Source of the DNA: an uncultured Gammaproteobacteria bacterium
Lineage (GTDB): Bacteria; Patescibacteriota; Patescibacteriia; UBA9934
DNA: 64,000 nucleotides
Reading direction: 5' to 3'
NCBI GenBank assembly: GCA_964599455.1
Contig: CAZREA010000001.1
Coordinates: forward strand, 353,829-417,828
The position numbers and the translations under genes are program-made. The notes under the pieces were generated by a model. That model saw nothing but the letters and a program-made list of their open reading frames with translations. It ran no database searches and was not told the origin of the DNA. The first letter of the stretch is position 1. Every line of letters starts with the position of its first letter. Shown in pieces: positions 46,405 through 56,644 of this stretch.

Positions 46405-47373
46405 TCACTCTGCCTCCATCACCATCACTCTCTTCCCTCCATCCGGACTATCCCCATCCCAATCCCCAATAGCATTCATGAGCACATCAATATCGTATTG
46501 ATAATTATTTCCTTGGCGCGTGCCCGGATCGTTGGTGATAAAGGTTGTTTCCGTGTACCCACGCAAAACCAGCATATGATAGAGCGGTCCTTCGCCAGTA
46601 AAGAAAGGATTTCCTAAACGCCGACCATAGGCAGGAACAATAATTGGATCACCACCGGCAAGAATTTCTTTTAAATCCTCAACGCTTGGATTTTCCACAA
46701 TACGTACCGTTGAACCGTCATATGTTTTGGCAAAGGTAACGAATTGCTCAGCGGAGATGCTATATCCATAACCCATCTCGTCCTGTACACGCACCATGTC
46801 GTATAGCACCTTATCGGTTGTGGTCGGGTCCATTTTTCCTTCAGGATGACCAGAGTAATACCGATACGTCATGTAAAAAGAGGCTTCCTCGCACGTATCT
46901 TCATGAATGACGTCCCAATCACCAAACGGAGCTTGCGAGGTAAACGGAACCGCAAGATTAAAAGAAGTGGGAATCTCAGCAGACACTTCTGCGTCATCAG
47001 TATTTGATGGCGGCGTGGATGGTGGAGCGTCAGTTGTTGTATCGAGAGAGGGTTCGAGTTGCGTTGGAGTATCGGACGTATCCGATGTGTTACTGGTTAC
47101 AGGCGAGTTCGGATCTTCTGTATCTTCTTCTTTAGGCTCAAGACCTATGCGATTGGGATTTTGAATCGGATTTTCCGCATCAAATTCTTCATAACGCAAA
47201 GAAGGCACATCGGCCGTAGGAACATCGGGTCCCTTTGCCCAATCCCAAAGACGCAAACCACCAGCCGTCAACACGATCACGCCCAAGGCAATGAAAGGCG
47301 TCCAAGGGAAATCTGGTGATGCCCTTTTTTTTGGAAGAAATTTTCCTATCATAGAGATTGTTTTTCTGCCCAA
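46405..47373 (-). CDS. Membrane-anchored C39-like cysteine peptidase domain protein
   Basis: TM helix, Thr/Ser/Asp-rich linker, then a FTSQAPFGDWD...EDTCEEAS Cys region and a YHMLVLRGY His region. Confidence 0.4.
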   Translation of the reverse strand: MGRKTISMIGKFLPKKRASPDFPWTPFIALGVIVLTAGGLRLWDWAKGPDVPTADVPSLRYEEFDAENPIQNPNRIGLEPKEEDTEDPNSPVTSNTSDTSDTPTQLEPSLDTTTDAPPSTPPSNTDDAEVSAEIPTSFNLAVPFTSQAPFGDWDVIHEDTCEEASFYMTYRYYSGHPEGKMDPTTTDKVLYDMVRVQDEMGYGYSISAEQFVTFAKTYDGSTVRIVENPSVEDLKEILAGGDPIIVPAYGRRLGNPFFTGEGPLYHMLVLRGYTETTFITNDPGTRQGNNYQYDIDVLMNAIGDWDGDSPDGGKRVMVMEAE

Positions 47374-48743
47374 CGTAACAAATGAAGCGTCGCTCGAACA
47401 TCATCTTCATTATAATCGATGACGTCCTGGAGCGCTTTTTCATCGTGCTTGGTAAGCCACTCTTCATACCATAACACAGAATTCAAACCCGAGGCATCAT
47501 CATGTCGCCAACGAAAACCCAAGTGCTGCGCAATATCTTTTAATGAATAAAAAGAGAGAGGGAAAATAACAGCTTCACGCACTCTTTCCAACAAATCAAC
47601 ACCTTGCTCACTAAGTTGCGTAAGGATTTGCACATCCGTTGCGTATTTCTCGCCAAGGTGACGAAACGTATCCTGTTCCGACGAGCCGTAATGATATAAC
47701 GGGTAGCCGATATAATCTTTAATGAAGGCGACGAATGTTTTCCAAGCTTGCTCTTCTTCAGACGGATCTTTCGCCAGAAAAGCGTGATAAACAGCCTTAT
47801 CGCCTTCAACAACCAACACTCCAAACAAATAATCAACGTTACGCAACGGATCACTTTCAATATCCACAACCAGACATTGATGCGACTCGGGTACATCAAT
47901 CGTTCGCAACACCGTAATGCGATCATGCACTAATGCTTGCGCCTGCAAATGTAAAAAATTCAAACGTTCACGAGTAATTCCATGCACACGTGCAACCACA
48001 AGATCGAGATGCGTTTTGGCAAATTCGGTAACTGTCGCAAATCCTGCTTCAACCAACTCTTTCGCTTCACTACGCCAAATGCGATTTAAACGAGAAATAT
48101 CGTCACACTGCACCGCATCAGCTTTGCACGCATGAAACCACGGCGATTGTTTGCAGTCTGACGTAAGAAAATGCGGCTCATCTTCGCCATCAAGAATGCG
48201 TTCGATAGCATCGAGCGTCAGTCGATATTCTCCTTCGGTTTCGGCAACAAGATAGGCATTAATGCCTCCGTTGGGATGCATCACATATCCCTGCACCGGC
48301 TTAACCTTTTGCACCTTTTCCAAAATATCCGCATAAAAACAGCCCTGCATTTTGTATTCCGGTTTTACAGCACGTGAACGCTTAATATCACACGCGACAT
48401 AGTAGTAATCACCAAACCCCGACTTCCCTTGTACCTTTTCCAAAAAATCTGGCTGTGCCACAAAATGATCGAGAATGAGTGTGGCGCCGTAAATGGTTTG
48501 TGCACCCGAACGCATAAATTCGAGCGTTTGGAACGCCGCAGCATCGATATCATCTTTGTGCACTTCAACAACACCCTTACCACGTTTTTCCAAAAGCTCG
48601 CGCTGCACCTGGCGCAACAAGCCATCTTCTTGCAATCGAACACGGAGCGCATGTTCGGCATGTTCGCCCTTGGCATCGTGCGCCACCCAGGACGGGCATT
48701 TGAGGTAGCGATAAAACGTGTGTTTGGTAATTTGATGAGACAT
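47349..48743 (-). CDS. TM0106-family RecB-like nuclease fused to RNase H-like (YprB-type) domain
   Basis: N-terminal PD-(D/E)xK region (YYYVACDIK) and C-terminal LVVDIESDPLRNVDYLFGVLVV exonuclease-like motif. Confidence 0.5.
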   Translation of the reverse strand: MSHQITKHTFYRYLKCPSWVAHDAKGEHAEHALRVRLQEDGLLRQVQRELLEKRGKGVVEVHKDDIDAAAFQTLEFMRSGAQTIYGATLILDHFVAQPDFLEKVQGKSGFGDYYYVACDIKRSRAVKPEYKMQGCFYADILEKVQKVKPVQGYVMHPNGGINAYLVAETEGEYRLTLDAIERILDGEDEPHFLTSDCKQSPWFHACKADAVQCDDISRLNRIWRSEAKELVEAGFATVTEFAKTHLDLVVARVHGITRERLNFLHLQAQALVHDRITVLRTIDVPESHQCLVVDIESDPLRNVDYLFGVLVVEGDKAVYHAFLAKDPSEEEQAWKTFVAFIKDYIGYPLYHYGSSEQDTFRHLGEKYATDVQILTQLSEQGVDLLERVREAVIFPLSFYSLKDIAQHLGFRWRHDDASGLNSVLWYEEWLTKHDEKALQDVIDYNEDDVRATLHLLRWAEKQSL

Positions 48744-48818
48744 AGCTACAGGGTACCTCCCTTTTTATAAAAAGAAAACGCACTATCTGCGTTTTCTTTT
48801 TTGATATTTCTTTAAAAT

Positions 48819-49436
48819 CTACTTCACATCCTCAACCACAACCTTCGTCATTACGCTTCCTTTTGGCAATTCGTCAACAACATCCATCCCTTCAATGACT
48901 TCGCCAAAGATCGAATATAATTTCGGAAGAGCCATGTCATCAAGCATGATGAAAAACTGACTACCATTGGTGTCGGGTCCGCGATTGGCCATAGCGACGA
49001 TACCGCGCGTGTAGGTTCGCTCATCTTCCAATTCATCGGCAAAGGTATAACCCGGTCCACCGGTTCCCGTACCATTCGGGTCCCCTCCCTGCAACACAAA
49101 TCCCTCTTCGCGACGATGAAATGTCAGACTGTCGTAGTAACCATTGCTGATAAGGTAAACAAAGTTAGAAACGGTCATCGGTGCAGTATCAGGGAAAAGA
49201 CGAATGACAATATCACCTTTGGCAGTGGTAATGCGCACCTGCTTGTTTTGTATCTGGTCATCGGGCAAGGTACCAGGAAAAATCCACTTCATAGACGAGC
49301 GTTTTTCAAGATCGAGAGAGACAGATGATGCCGAATCAGAGGCCGAGCTGTCAATTGAAGACGGTTCAGCTATAGGAGAACAACCCGCGCCTAAAAGCAA
49401 AAGAAGGCCTCCGAGTAAACCGATAGCCTTCTGCAT
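48819..49436 (-). CDS. Cyclophilin-type peptidyl-prolyl cis-trans isomerase, lipoprotein
   Basis: Lipobox LLLLGAGC, then FHRREEGFVLQGGDP...GYTFADE cyclophilin signature. Confidence 0.8.
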   Translation of the reverse strand: MQKAIGLLGGLLLLLGAGCSPIAEPSSIDSSASDSASSVSLDLEKRSSMKWIFPGTLPDDQIQNKQVRITTAKGDIVIRLFPDTAPMTVSNFVYLISNGYYDSLTFHRREEGFVLQGGDPNGTGTGGPGYTFADELEDERTYTRGIVAMANRGPDTNGSQFFIMLDDMALPKLYSIFGEVIEGMDVVDELPKGSVMTKVVVEDVK

Positions 49437-49441
49437 AGGAT

Positions 49442-49732
49442 TTATTCAAGATGTTGATAAGCGGAAACTTGTGCTTCCAGGGCCGAGACCTTGGCACTTT
49501 GAACTTTGGTAGCGTACACCGAGGTAAATAATACCGCCGACAACGAGAAAACGAGCACGAGCAGCAATGCGGCAACCTCCATACTGCCAGCAGGAAGATG
49601 CTCACAATTTTTGCAAGTGGTTTGGTGACGAGCGGCAGGCGTAATATTGTATACCGCAGCGACAGAGGCCTTGCGTGGTGCGCGCGTGCGACGAACGGCA
49701 CGTGGTGGCAATGGAGGAAGTGGTGATGACAT
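49442..49732 (-). CDS. Small hypothetical protein with basic N-terminus, CxxC...H motif and one TM helix
   Basis: 96-aa ORF. Confidence 0.3.
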   Translation of the reverse strand: MSSPLPPLPPRAVRRTRAPRKASVAAVYNITPAARHQTTCKNCEHLPAGSMEVAALLLVLVFSLSAVLFTSVYATKVQSAKVSALEAQVSAYQHLE

Positions 49733-49741
49733 AAAAAGATA

Positions 49742-50503
49742 TTAAAACGATGATGATAGTGTAGCACGATTTTCAATCAGCTGAAGCGGACTATCCGCAG
49801 CACAACCTGCGTCATCATTTTCCCACTGGGCAATAAAATGAAACGTCGTTGGCGTCATCACATCATTCACCAAAACCGCTGCTGTGCGATCAACTTCTGA
49901 CCACGTCACCTCCCTTCCATTTCCCGGCACGCCCCCACAGCCACCGGCCATAAACGCATCATTGAGCACGATCGGCGCACCGCCTTCTGATGTCGCCGAT
50001 AGTGCAACGCGATAAGCCACCGCTTTCACCGGAGCTTTGGCAAGAAGTTCATCGAGCGCATCAAGAAAAAGCGGTGCATCGACGCGATAGGGTGAACCGA
50101 GCGCAAAGATTCCTAGCTGATCCGTGGTAATAATCAGACTCTCTTGCACGCGCTGCACATCACTCGCGGGCAACGGCGCCCAATATCCCCAGCGTTCATC
50201 CCATCGATACACCATCGCTTGTTCAACAGCCTGACTCCAGGAGATTGTCACCGGTACGTCAAAAATTTCATCATCAGGCAAAAGGTGATACGCCTGGCCA
50301 ATCAAAGGCGAAGCAATCGTGGGAGACGTAGGTGAAGCGATAGAAAAAATCTGAGCCTGGCGAGCCAAACCTTCGATGCGTACAACACCATCAGTGCTCG
50401 CAATACTTTCGAGCTCAGGATCATCAATAAAAAACAGATGCGCTGAGAAAAAAACAACCACCAGCACCACCGTCATTTGTAATATTTTTTCTAAAGAGAT
50501 CAT
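49742..50503 (-). CDS. Hypothetical secreted protein
   Basis: Start at MISLEKILQMTVVLVVVFF with an N-terminal hydrophobic anchor. Confidence 0.4.
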   Translation of the reverse strand: MISLEKILQMTVVLVVVFFSAHLFFIDDPELESIASTDGVVRIEGLARQAQIFSIASPTSPTIASPLIGQAYHLLPDDEIFDVPVTISWSQAVEQAMVYRWDERWGYWAPLPASDVQRVQESLIITTDQLGIFALGSPYRVDAPLFLDALDELLAKAPVKAVAYRVALSATSEGGAPIVLNDAFMAGGCGGVPGNGREVTWSEVDRTAAVLVNDVMTPTTFHFIAQWENDDAGCAADSPLQLIENRATLSSSF

Positions 50504-50520
50504 GACACCAGTATAGCGCA

Positions 50521-50958
50521 TCACGTCGATCGAAACTCTTCCCGTAATTCCATCCAAATTTTTCCCATCACATTTTGTCCCGATCCGTCCGCACCACTTC
50601 CCCAAAAAAAATCGTCGGGATGATTTTTCACGATCTCGATCTCTCCAGTAGACAAAAGCATCTCCCTGACGTCTGCATGTTGCAAGGCCTTGGCACGCAT
50701 AATCTCTTTCATTACCGCAACTTTTTGTTCCTCCCAGTTAGACTTCTTTCCTTCTTTGGTTTGACCGAACTCGCGAGATAAAAACGCGCTCGGGGCACGT
50801 TTCACTTTTTCACGAATGTTGAGATCAAAATATTTCGCGGCTTGATATGCGTGCTCGGAAGTCATCCACGTTTCGCCATCATATTCGATCGCATGCGCAG
50901 AAAAATTCGATAACAAATAATATTTCCCTTCGTAAAAATTGATGACCTCTTGTTGCAT
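50521..50958 (-). CDS. NADAR (YbiA-like) domain protein
   Basis: FSNFSAH...EHAYQAAKYF...LLSTGE...FWGSGADGSGQNVMGKIWMELR. Confidence 0.6.
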   Translation of the reverse strand: MQQEVINFYEGKYYLLSNFSAHAIEYDGETWMTSEHAYQAAKYFDLNIREKVKRAPSAFLSREFGQTKEGKKSNWEEQKVAVMKEIMRAKALQHADVREMLLSTGEIEIVKNHPDDFFWGSGADGSGQNVMGKIWMELREEFRST

Positions 50959-50967
50959 AAAGATCTT

Positions 50968-51993
50968 TTATTCCTCCCACGGCACATCCTTTCTGCCAAA
51001 CATACCGTAATGCACACAGTGTTCGTAGATCGGACGACGCAAATTAAATCGCTCCACAATGGCCTCGGGACGAAAATCAAATCGCTGTTTTACAATGGAC
51101 GTCAGATCTTCTCCGTCATTACTCATCGCTTGCAGCACCACTGGCTCGGCCACACCAACGGTGTAAACCGCTTGTACCAATACATGCTGGGCCAAACCTT
51201 CTTTCACCAGCTGCCGCGCCACAAAACGCGCCATATAGGTTCCGGATCGAGCGGGTTTTAGTGGGTCTTTCCCCACTAACGCAACGCCACCATGCGGAAT
51301 CAATCCTCCATACAAATCAGATAACACTTTCCTTCCCGAAACGCCCGCATTCAACAAAAATCCACCCGTTGTAAACGATCCCACGGGATTAATAAAAATT
51401 TGCGCCTGTTCAATAGTGCCCAATATCGGCTTAATGGCATGTTCAAGCAAAAGCGACTGCACATGCGGCATGTCCATTTGTGGATCATGCGCCGCAATGA
51501 CCGTCACTTGCACAATCCGATCACCGTCCATAACCAGCTGCACTTTGCCGTCGGGGCGCAACCAGGAAAAGCGTTGATCTTGCATGCGCAGCATATCAAT
51601 CTGCCGAGCAAGTGCATTCGCAAACACCACACTTGGTGGCAACAATTCACGCGTTTGATTGGTTGCGTAGCCATACACAATCGCCGTACCTTGCGCACCG
51701 CTTTGTTTTGATCGACCAGGCTCAGGTTTTGGCTTTTCTCCATTTACAAAAAACTCGGGCATGTCGGTATACCCAAGATCAGCATATGATCGACGCACAA
51801 TATCAATCACAGCAAAATCAGCTGCAGACTCGATCATGCCGCCGATCATGACCATGCCATTAGTCCCCAGCGCCTGCACATCTAATTTCGCAAATGGGTC
51901 ACGACGAATATATTCATCAACAATACTTTCAACCAGACGATCGCAAATTTTATCGGGATGACCAGCAAGAGGTGCCTCAACAGCTTTGAACAT
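50968..51993 (-). CDS. metK: Divergent S-adenosylmethionine synthetase
   Basis: Start at MFKAVEAPLAGHPDKICD. Matches GHPDK, GYATNQT, WLRPDGK, FINPVGSF, DLYGG and a C-terminal FGR..VPWEE. The usual glycine-rich P-loop reads HGGVALVGKDPLK. Confidence 0.7.
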   Translation of the reverse strand: MFKAVEAPLAGHPDKICDRLVESIVDEYIRRDPFAKLDVQALGTNGMVMIGGMIESAADFAVIDIVRRSYADLGYTDMPEFFVNGEKPKPEPGRSKQSGAQGTAIVYGYATNQTRELLPPSVVFANALARQIDMLRMQDQRFSWLRPDGKVQLVMDGDRIVQVTVIAAHDPQMDMPHVQSLLLEHAIKPILGTIEQAQIFINPVGSFTTGGFLLNAGVSGRKVLSDLYGGLIPHGGVALVGKDPLKPARSGTYMARFVARQLVKEGLAQHVLVQAVYTVGVAEPVVLQAMSNDGEDLTSIVKQRFDFRPEAIVERFNLRRPIYEHCVHYGMFGRKDVPWEE

Positions 51994-52161
51994 ATAGGGG
52001 AATTGTAGGAGGCAGAGTGGCAGAGTGGCAAATAGAAGCACAACGGTTAAAGCGGTTAAAACGTTTAACCGGTTAACCATTTTAAACGTTTTAACCGATA
52101 ATTCTTACCTACTTGTTTGATATTTTTCATTTATCCACACCTTTTCTTTGTTCGTATTCTG

Positions 52162-52177
52162 TTCGGGTATACTAGAA
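52162..52177. promoter_or_regulatory. Candidate LexA operator (imperfect palindrome TTCGGGTATACTAGAA) upstream of lexA
   Basis: 16-bp near-palindrome centred on GTATAC, ~50 nt upstream of the lexA ATG. The consensus for this lineage is unknown. Confidence 0.25.
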
Positions 52178-52228
52178 GAAATTTAACATCCGTAATATCC
52201 GTCGCGATCCGTCTTAATCCCCTACCCT

Positions 52229-52849
52229 ATGTCCACCCTTCCTCCCCTCACCAAACAACAACGTCGCGTGCTCGATGCCGTTGAACACTTTGTTCGCGAA
52301 CACGGTTATACACCGTCGTATCGAGAAATTGCTGTGCATCTTGGCCTTTCTTCTCCTGCAACCGTTCATCAACACATTCAAGCACTGTGCGAAAAAGGTG
52401 TTATTAACACTGGCGAGCATGGAATCGCGCGTTCTATCGAGGTCGTCGAAACCGAACAACTCGTTCCACTTGCAATCATGCTCCCTCTTTCCGGAATCAT
52501 TACTGCGGGCGAACCAATCGAAGCGATTGAAGAACGAGAAGCAATTGGTGTACCGGCGGATTTTGTCGTTGATGCGGTGAATTCCTATGTTTTAAAAGTA
52601 AAAGGATGCTCGATGATTGAAGATGGGATTTTCGACGGTGATTATGTAATCGTTGAACGTCATCCCTCGCCCAAAAATGGTGATATCGTCGTTGCACTAC
52701 TCGATAACGCCTACGCCACCCTCAAACGTTTTTATCGCGAGCAAGGCCGTATTCGCCTCCAACCCGCCAACAGCACCATGGAACCAATCTTTGTGTACGG
52801 AGATATTAATATTCAAGGCATTGTGCGAGCGGTGCTGAGAAAATTTTAA
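52229..52849 (+). CDS. lexA: LexA repressor
   Basis: N-terminal wHTH, Ala-Gly cleavage region, S24 peptidase KGCSM...K catalytic dyad. Confidence 0.85.
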   Translation: MSTLPPLTKQQRRVLDAVEHFVREHGYTPSYREIAVHLGLSSPATVHQHIQALCEKGVINTGEHGIARSIEVVETEQLVPLAIMLPLSGIITAGEPIEAIEEREAIGVPADFVVDAVNSYVLKVKGCSMIEDGIFDGDYVIVERHPSPKNGDIVVALLDNAYATLKRFYREQGRIRLQPANSTMEPIFVYGDINIQGIVRAVLRKF

Positions 52850-52968
52850 TAAAAATACTATCCTTCAATATTAATACGCAAAGAGAGTGGTATCAGGAAT
52901 GAATATAATTAATCGTGTGGATAATTCATCGTATCCTGAAATATCTTTCCAGGATATAATTTAAACAT

Positions 52969-53901
52969 ATGCAAGCTCTCATGATTCGGGACAAGGCGTG
53001 GGAGAAGACTGACCGAATACCTCACTGGGTGCGCGGACGAGAAATTGGCTTAGATCAATATAATACTTTGCCACAGGTTGCCGAGCATTGTTGGAATTCG
53101 TTTCAAAAAACCTTGGAAAAGGATGGGGCTAATTTAAGCAATTATAAAATAGTTGAGCCGAGTGCAGGAACGGGATCGTTTTATAATCTTCTTCCAAAGA
53201 GATCTCGCATTGGCATAGATGTAGAAAAGTATAAAGATGAATACATCCAGCAAGATTTTTTAACATGGGAACCAAATAATACTGATCAACGACCATGTGT
53301 AGCGATAGGGAATCCCCCATTCGGCTACAGGGGCTGGCTAGCGTTGGCTTTTATGAATCGCGCCTCAGAGTTTTGTGATTATGTTGGTTTTATTCTCCCG
53401 ATGTCATTTCAAAGTGATGGTAAAGGAAGTCCAAAAAACCGAGTCAAGGGAATGAGATTAATACATTCAGAACATCTGTCTGGAGATATGTTCATGTTGC
53501 CAAACGGAGAAATGGTTCAAGTTAACACACTATGGCAAATATGGAAAAAAGGCGAAGCTGAACCTCTGCCTGATTTAAGTGAAGCTGACGAATATATTGA
53601 CCTTTTTACTGTTGATTATCGTAAAGAAAGATTATGCGGGATGGAAAAAGTAGAAAATTGTAATACTTTCCTTCAAAGAACATATTTTAATGAACCGCCC
53701 GAAATAGTTGATGACTTTTCTAAAGTAAAGTATGTATGTGGTTACGGTATTTTAATAAAGAAAGAAGTAAAAACGATTCTGAATCTTTTAAAGAAGGTGA
53801 ATTGGAACAAATATAGCAACCTAGCTACGCATAATTGTCGCCACATTTCCATGTACCACATTAAGTTAGCTTTAATAGAAAGCCTGCATGTCAAATCTTG
53901 A
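52969..53901 (+). CDS. N6-adenine DNA methyltransferase (gamma-class order: motif I then NPPF)
   Basis: EPSAGTGSF (FxGxG-like) then GNPPFG. The gene sits in a ~38% GC patch. Confidence 0.65.
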   Translation: MQALMIRDKAWEKTDRIPHWVRGREIGLDQYNTLPQVAEHCWNSFQKTLEKDGANLSNYKIVEPSAGTGSFYNLLPKRSRIGIDVEKYKDEYIQQDFLTWEPNNTDQRPCVAIGNPPFGYRGWLALAFMNRASEFCDYVGFILPMSFQSDGKGSPKNRVKGMRLIHSEHLSGDMFMLPNGEMVQVNTLWQIWKKGEAEPLPDLSEADEYIDLFTVDYRKERLCGMEKVENCNTFLQRTYFNEPPEIVDDFSKVKYVCGYGILIKKEVKTILNLLKKVNWNKYSNLATHNCRHISMYHIKLALIESLHVKS

Positions 53902-54418
53902 TTATAAAAGCCTATTCGTAAAGGCATTAGAGAAAAACGTAGACAATCCAAAATGGAAAGAAGGTGATTTTGTTGGCATTAAAACAGTTTCAAATACAAA
54001 GGTAGGCACTATTGGACAGGACTTTATTGAGGGTCTTTGTAACGCTCTTTCTGTACCATGTAATTTTCCGTTAAGAACGGACAATACCAGAATGACACAG
54101 AGTCCTTGGGACATTGAAATTTTTAGTGTTAAATTTGAGCTTAAAACCGCCACGGAAGATGTTGGTGGATGTTTTCAGTTTAATCACATTCGATATCATA
54201 GACCTTATGACGCCGTATTGTGCTTAGGGGTAACTCCAAATGCACTATATTTTGGAGTGTGGTCTAAGGCAGATGTCGTAACAGGGAAGGCTGGCAATCT
54301 TGTATCTATGGAGAAAGGCGGAAATGCATCTTATAAAATGACAAAAAGGCCACGAGATCTTTCTCCTATTATTGAATTTGAACAAAAAATCAAAGATTTT
54401 ACCGCTCGATTTAAATAG
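53888..54418 (+). CDS. Candidate Type II restriction endonuclease partner (PD-(D/E)xK-like)
   Basis: Overlaps the MTase gene by 14 nt with the same low GC. SPWDIEIFSVKFELK gives PD...ExK spacing. Confidence 0.35.
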   Translation: MSNLDYKSLFVKALEKNVDNPKWKEGDFVGIKTVSNTKVGTIGQDFIEGLCNALSVPCNFPLRTDNTRMTQSPWDIEIFSVKFELKTATEDVGGCFQFNHIRYHRPYDAVLCLGVTPNALYFGVWSKADVVTGKAGNLVSMEKGGNASYKMTKRPRDLSPIIEFEQKIKDFTARFK

Positions 54419-54469
54419 CTGTTTGTTCGTAAAGGTTACACAAGATTTTACGTGAACGAAGTGCACACG

Positions 54470-55741
54470 TTAAGAAAGCGCATTAAGTTCCTCCTCAATT
54501 TCCAAAAGACGATTGTACTTCGCAAGTCGTTCTGATCGAGATAACGATCCGGTCTTGATGTACTGCGCGTTCACCGCAACAGCGAGATCAGCAATGGTCG
54601 TGTCCGGCGTCTCTCCCGAGCGATGCGAAATCACGATGTCGTACTTATGCTTTTGCGCAAGTGTGATCGTATCAATAGTTTCACTAAGTGTACCGATTTG
54701 ATTCACTTTGACGAGCACTGCATTAGCGACGCCAAGTTCGATCCCTTTTTTCACACGTTCAACATTCGTAACGAAAAGATCATCACCAATAAGGAGAAGA
54801 TCTTTTCCGAGACGTTTGGTAAGTGTTTTCCAATTATCCCAATCATCTTCTGCAAGTCCGTCCTCGATCGAAAGCATGGGATATTTTTCCAGCCACTCTT
54901 CGTACAAATCAATCATCTGTGATGAAGTGAGCTTGCGGCGATCGGTGTGGATGATGTACTTCTCGGTGCGCTCATCATAAAACTCGCTGGCAGCAACATC
55001 GATACCGAACGAAATTTCTTTGCCAAGTTTATACTTTGCTCGTTTAACTGCTTTCACCAAATACTCAAGTGCCGTTTCGGTTTTGCCCACATCTGGCGCA
55101 TACCCACCTTCATCACCCACATCTGTATCAAGACCATCCTCTCGCAATACATCACCCAACGCATGAAAAATTTCGCTTCCTGCTTGCAGCTTCTTTACAA
55201 ACGATTTAATACCGTGTGGCACGATAATAAATTCCTGCATGTCCAAATTCGTATCCGCATGCCGACCACCATTAAACACATTCATGAGTGGCGTAGGTAA
55301 CGAAAAACCACGGTATGACAAACTGTAGATATCACGCAAATACACATAGAGCGGCATCTGTGCTCGCTTCGCTCCTGCATGTGCGCACGCAAGCGAAACA
55401 CCAAGAATTGCATTAGCCCCGAGTTTTCGTTTATTTTCCGTACCATCAAGCACCCGCATCATGTCATCAACGCCCCGCAAATCCACAACATCTTTCCCTC
55501 GCAAAGCCGGCGCGATGATGTCGTTCACATTACGAACCGCCTTGAGCACTCCCAATCCCCGATAGCGTTTCTTATCGCCATCACGCAGTTCAAGTGCTTC
55601 ATGCGTACCGGTCGATGCACCCGATGGCACCGAGGCACTCCCGCGCATGCCATTTTTTAAAACGACCGTCACATGCACCGTAGGATTGCCACGCGAATCA
55701 AGGATTTCATGGGCATGAACAAGGTCAATACGATCGAGCAT
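54470..55741 (-). CDS. eno: Enolase
   Basis: [11 protein letters not shown]-terminus and conserved catalytic residues. Start taken at [10 protein letters not shown]. Confidence 0.9.
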   Translation of the reverse strand: MLDRIDLVHAHEILDSRGNPTVHVTVVLKNGMRGSASVPSGASTGTHEALELRDGDKKRYRGLGVLKAVRNVNDIIAPALRGKDVVDLRGVDDMMRVLDGTENKRKLGANAILGVSLACAHAGAKRAQMPLYVYLRDIYSLSYRGFSLPTPLMNVFNGGRHADTNLDMQEFIIVPHGIKSFVKKLQAGSEIFHALGDVLREDGLDTDVGDEGGYAPDVGKTETALEYLVKAVKRAKYKLGKEISFGIDVAASEFYDERTEKYIIHTDRRKLTSSQMIDLYEEWLEKYPMLSIEDGLAEDDWDNWKTLTKRLGKDLLLIGDDLFVTNVERVKKGIELGVANAVLVKVNQIGTLSETIDTITLAQKHKYDIVISHRSGETPDTTIADLAVAVNAQYIKTGSLSRSERLAKYNRLLEIEEELNALS

Positions 55742-55835
55742 ATAGGTATAGCATAGCAAATAAAAAAGTAGGCTAGGTGGACAAGCTGAGCTAGGTAAAT
55801 TACCTAGCTCAACCAGCCCGCCTAGCCCAACTTCA

Positions 55836-56624
55836 TTATCTCAACGAATAACTAATATAGACCTGCATCTGTACTTCGCTTTGACCAGGAGAAATGCTTG
55901 GCATCGCGCCTTGAGCTGAATCAACAGACAACGCACGCTCGTAATACGGATACATATCGCTACCCTTGTTTTCAGAATAGCTCACCACGTCACCGAGCGT
56001 AGCACCCATTGCTTTGGCGATTTCTTCAGCTTGCTGACGAGCTTTCGCGATAGCCTCGGCACGCGCATCAGCTTCGGCGCCACTATCGTCATCAGCTTCA
56101 AAGCGCAAACCACCGATATTTGTTGCACCCACGTCCCCGGCCTTTTCCAAAACCTTCCCCACTAAATCACTATTGCGAATTTTTACCGTTACGGTTTGGC
56201 TCGCTTCATATCCCACGATTGTAGGAGGCGCCTGGTCGTAATCGTATTGGGGATAAATGTTGTATGAAGAGGTTTTCAAATCCTCGGCGGCAATACCCAA
56301 CTCCTTCATAGCAGCCATGATGGCATTCACCTTCACAGTATTATCATCTTGCGCCGTTGATGAATTGGCGGCGCTATTGGTAACTCCAAGATCAACGGTC
56401 GCAACATCGTTTGCGCTTGTTCCCGTACCCAACGCGCTCACCGTAATTGATGGCGGCATCTGATCGGCATAACCAGTGCGTCTTGCCTTGGCAATTCCTT
56501 GCCACGCCATAGCCGCAATCCACACAATAGCAACAAGTAAAAGAAGTGAAACCAGTACCGTAAACAAACGATTATCTTCCCAGCTTGGCCAGAAAGAAGA
56601 TGAAGATGATGAAGACATATACAA
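55836..56624 (-). CDS. SIMPL/DUF541-like membrane-anchored protein
   Basis: Ser-rich N-terminus, TM helix, then Ala/Asp-rich domain resembling BP26/YggE-like proteins. Confidence 0.35.
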   Translation of the reverse strand: MYMSSSSSSSFWPSWEDNRLFTVLVSLLLLVAIVWIAAMAWQGIAKARRTGYADQMPPSITVSALGTGTSANDVATVDLGVTNSAANSSTAQDDNTVKVNAIMAAMKELGIAAEDLKTSSYNIYPQYDYDQAPPTIVGYEASQTVTVKIRNSDLVGKVLEKAGDVGATNIGGLRFEADDDSGAEADARAEAIAKARQQAEEIAKAMGATLGDVVSYSENKGSDMYPYYERALSVDSAQGAMPSISPGQSEVQMQVYISYSLR

Positions 56625-56644
56625 AGAGTATAGCAGACGATACC

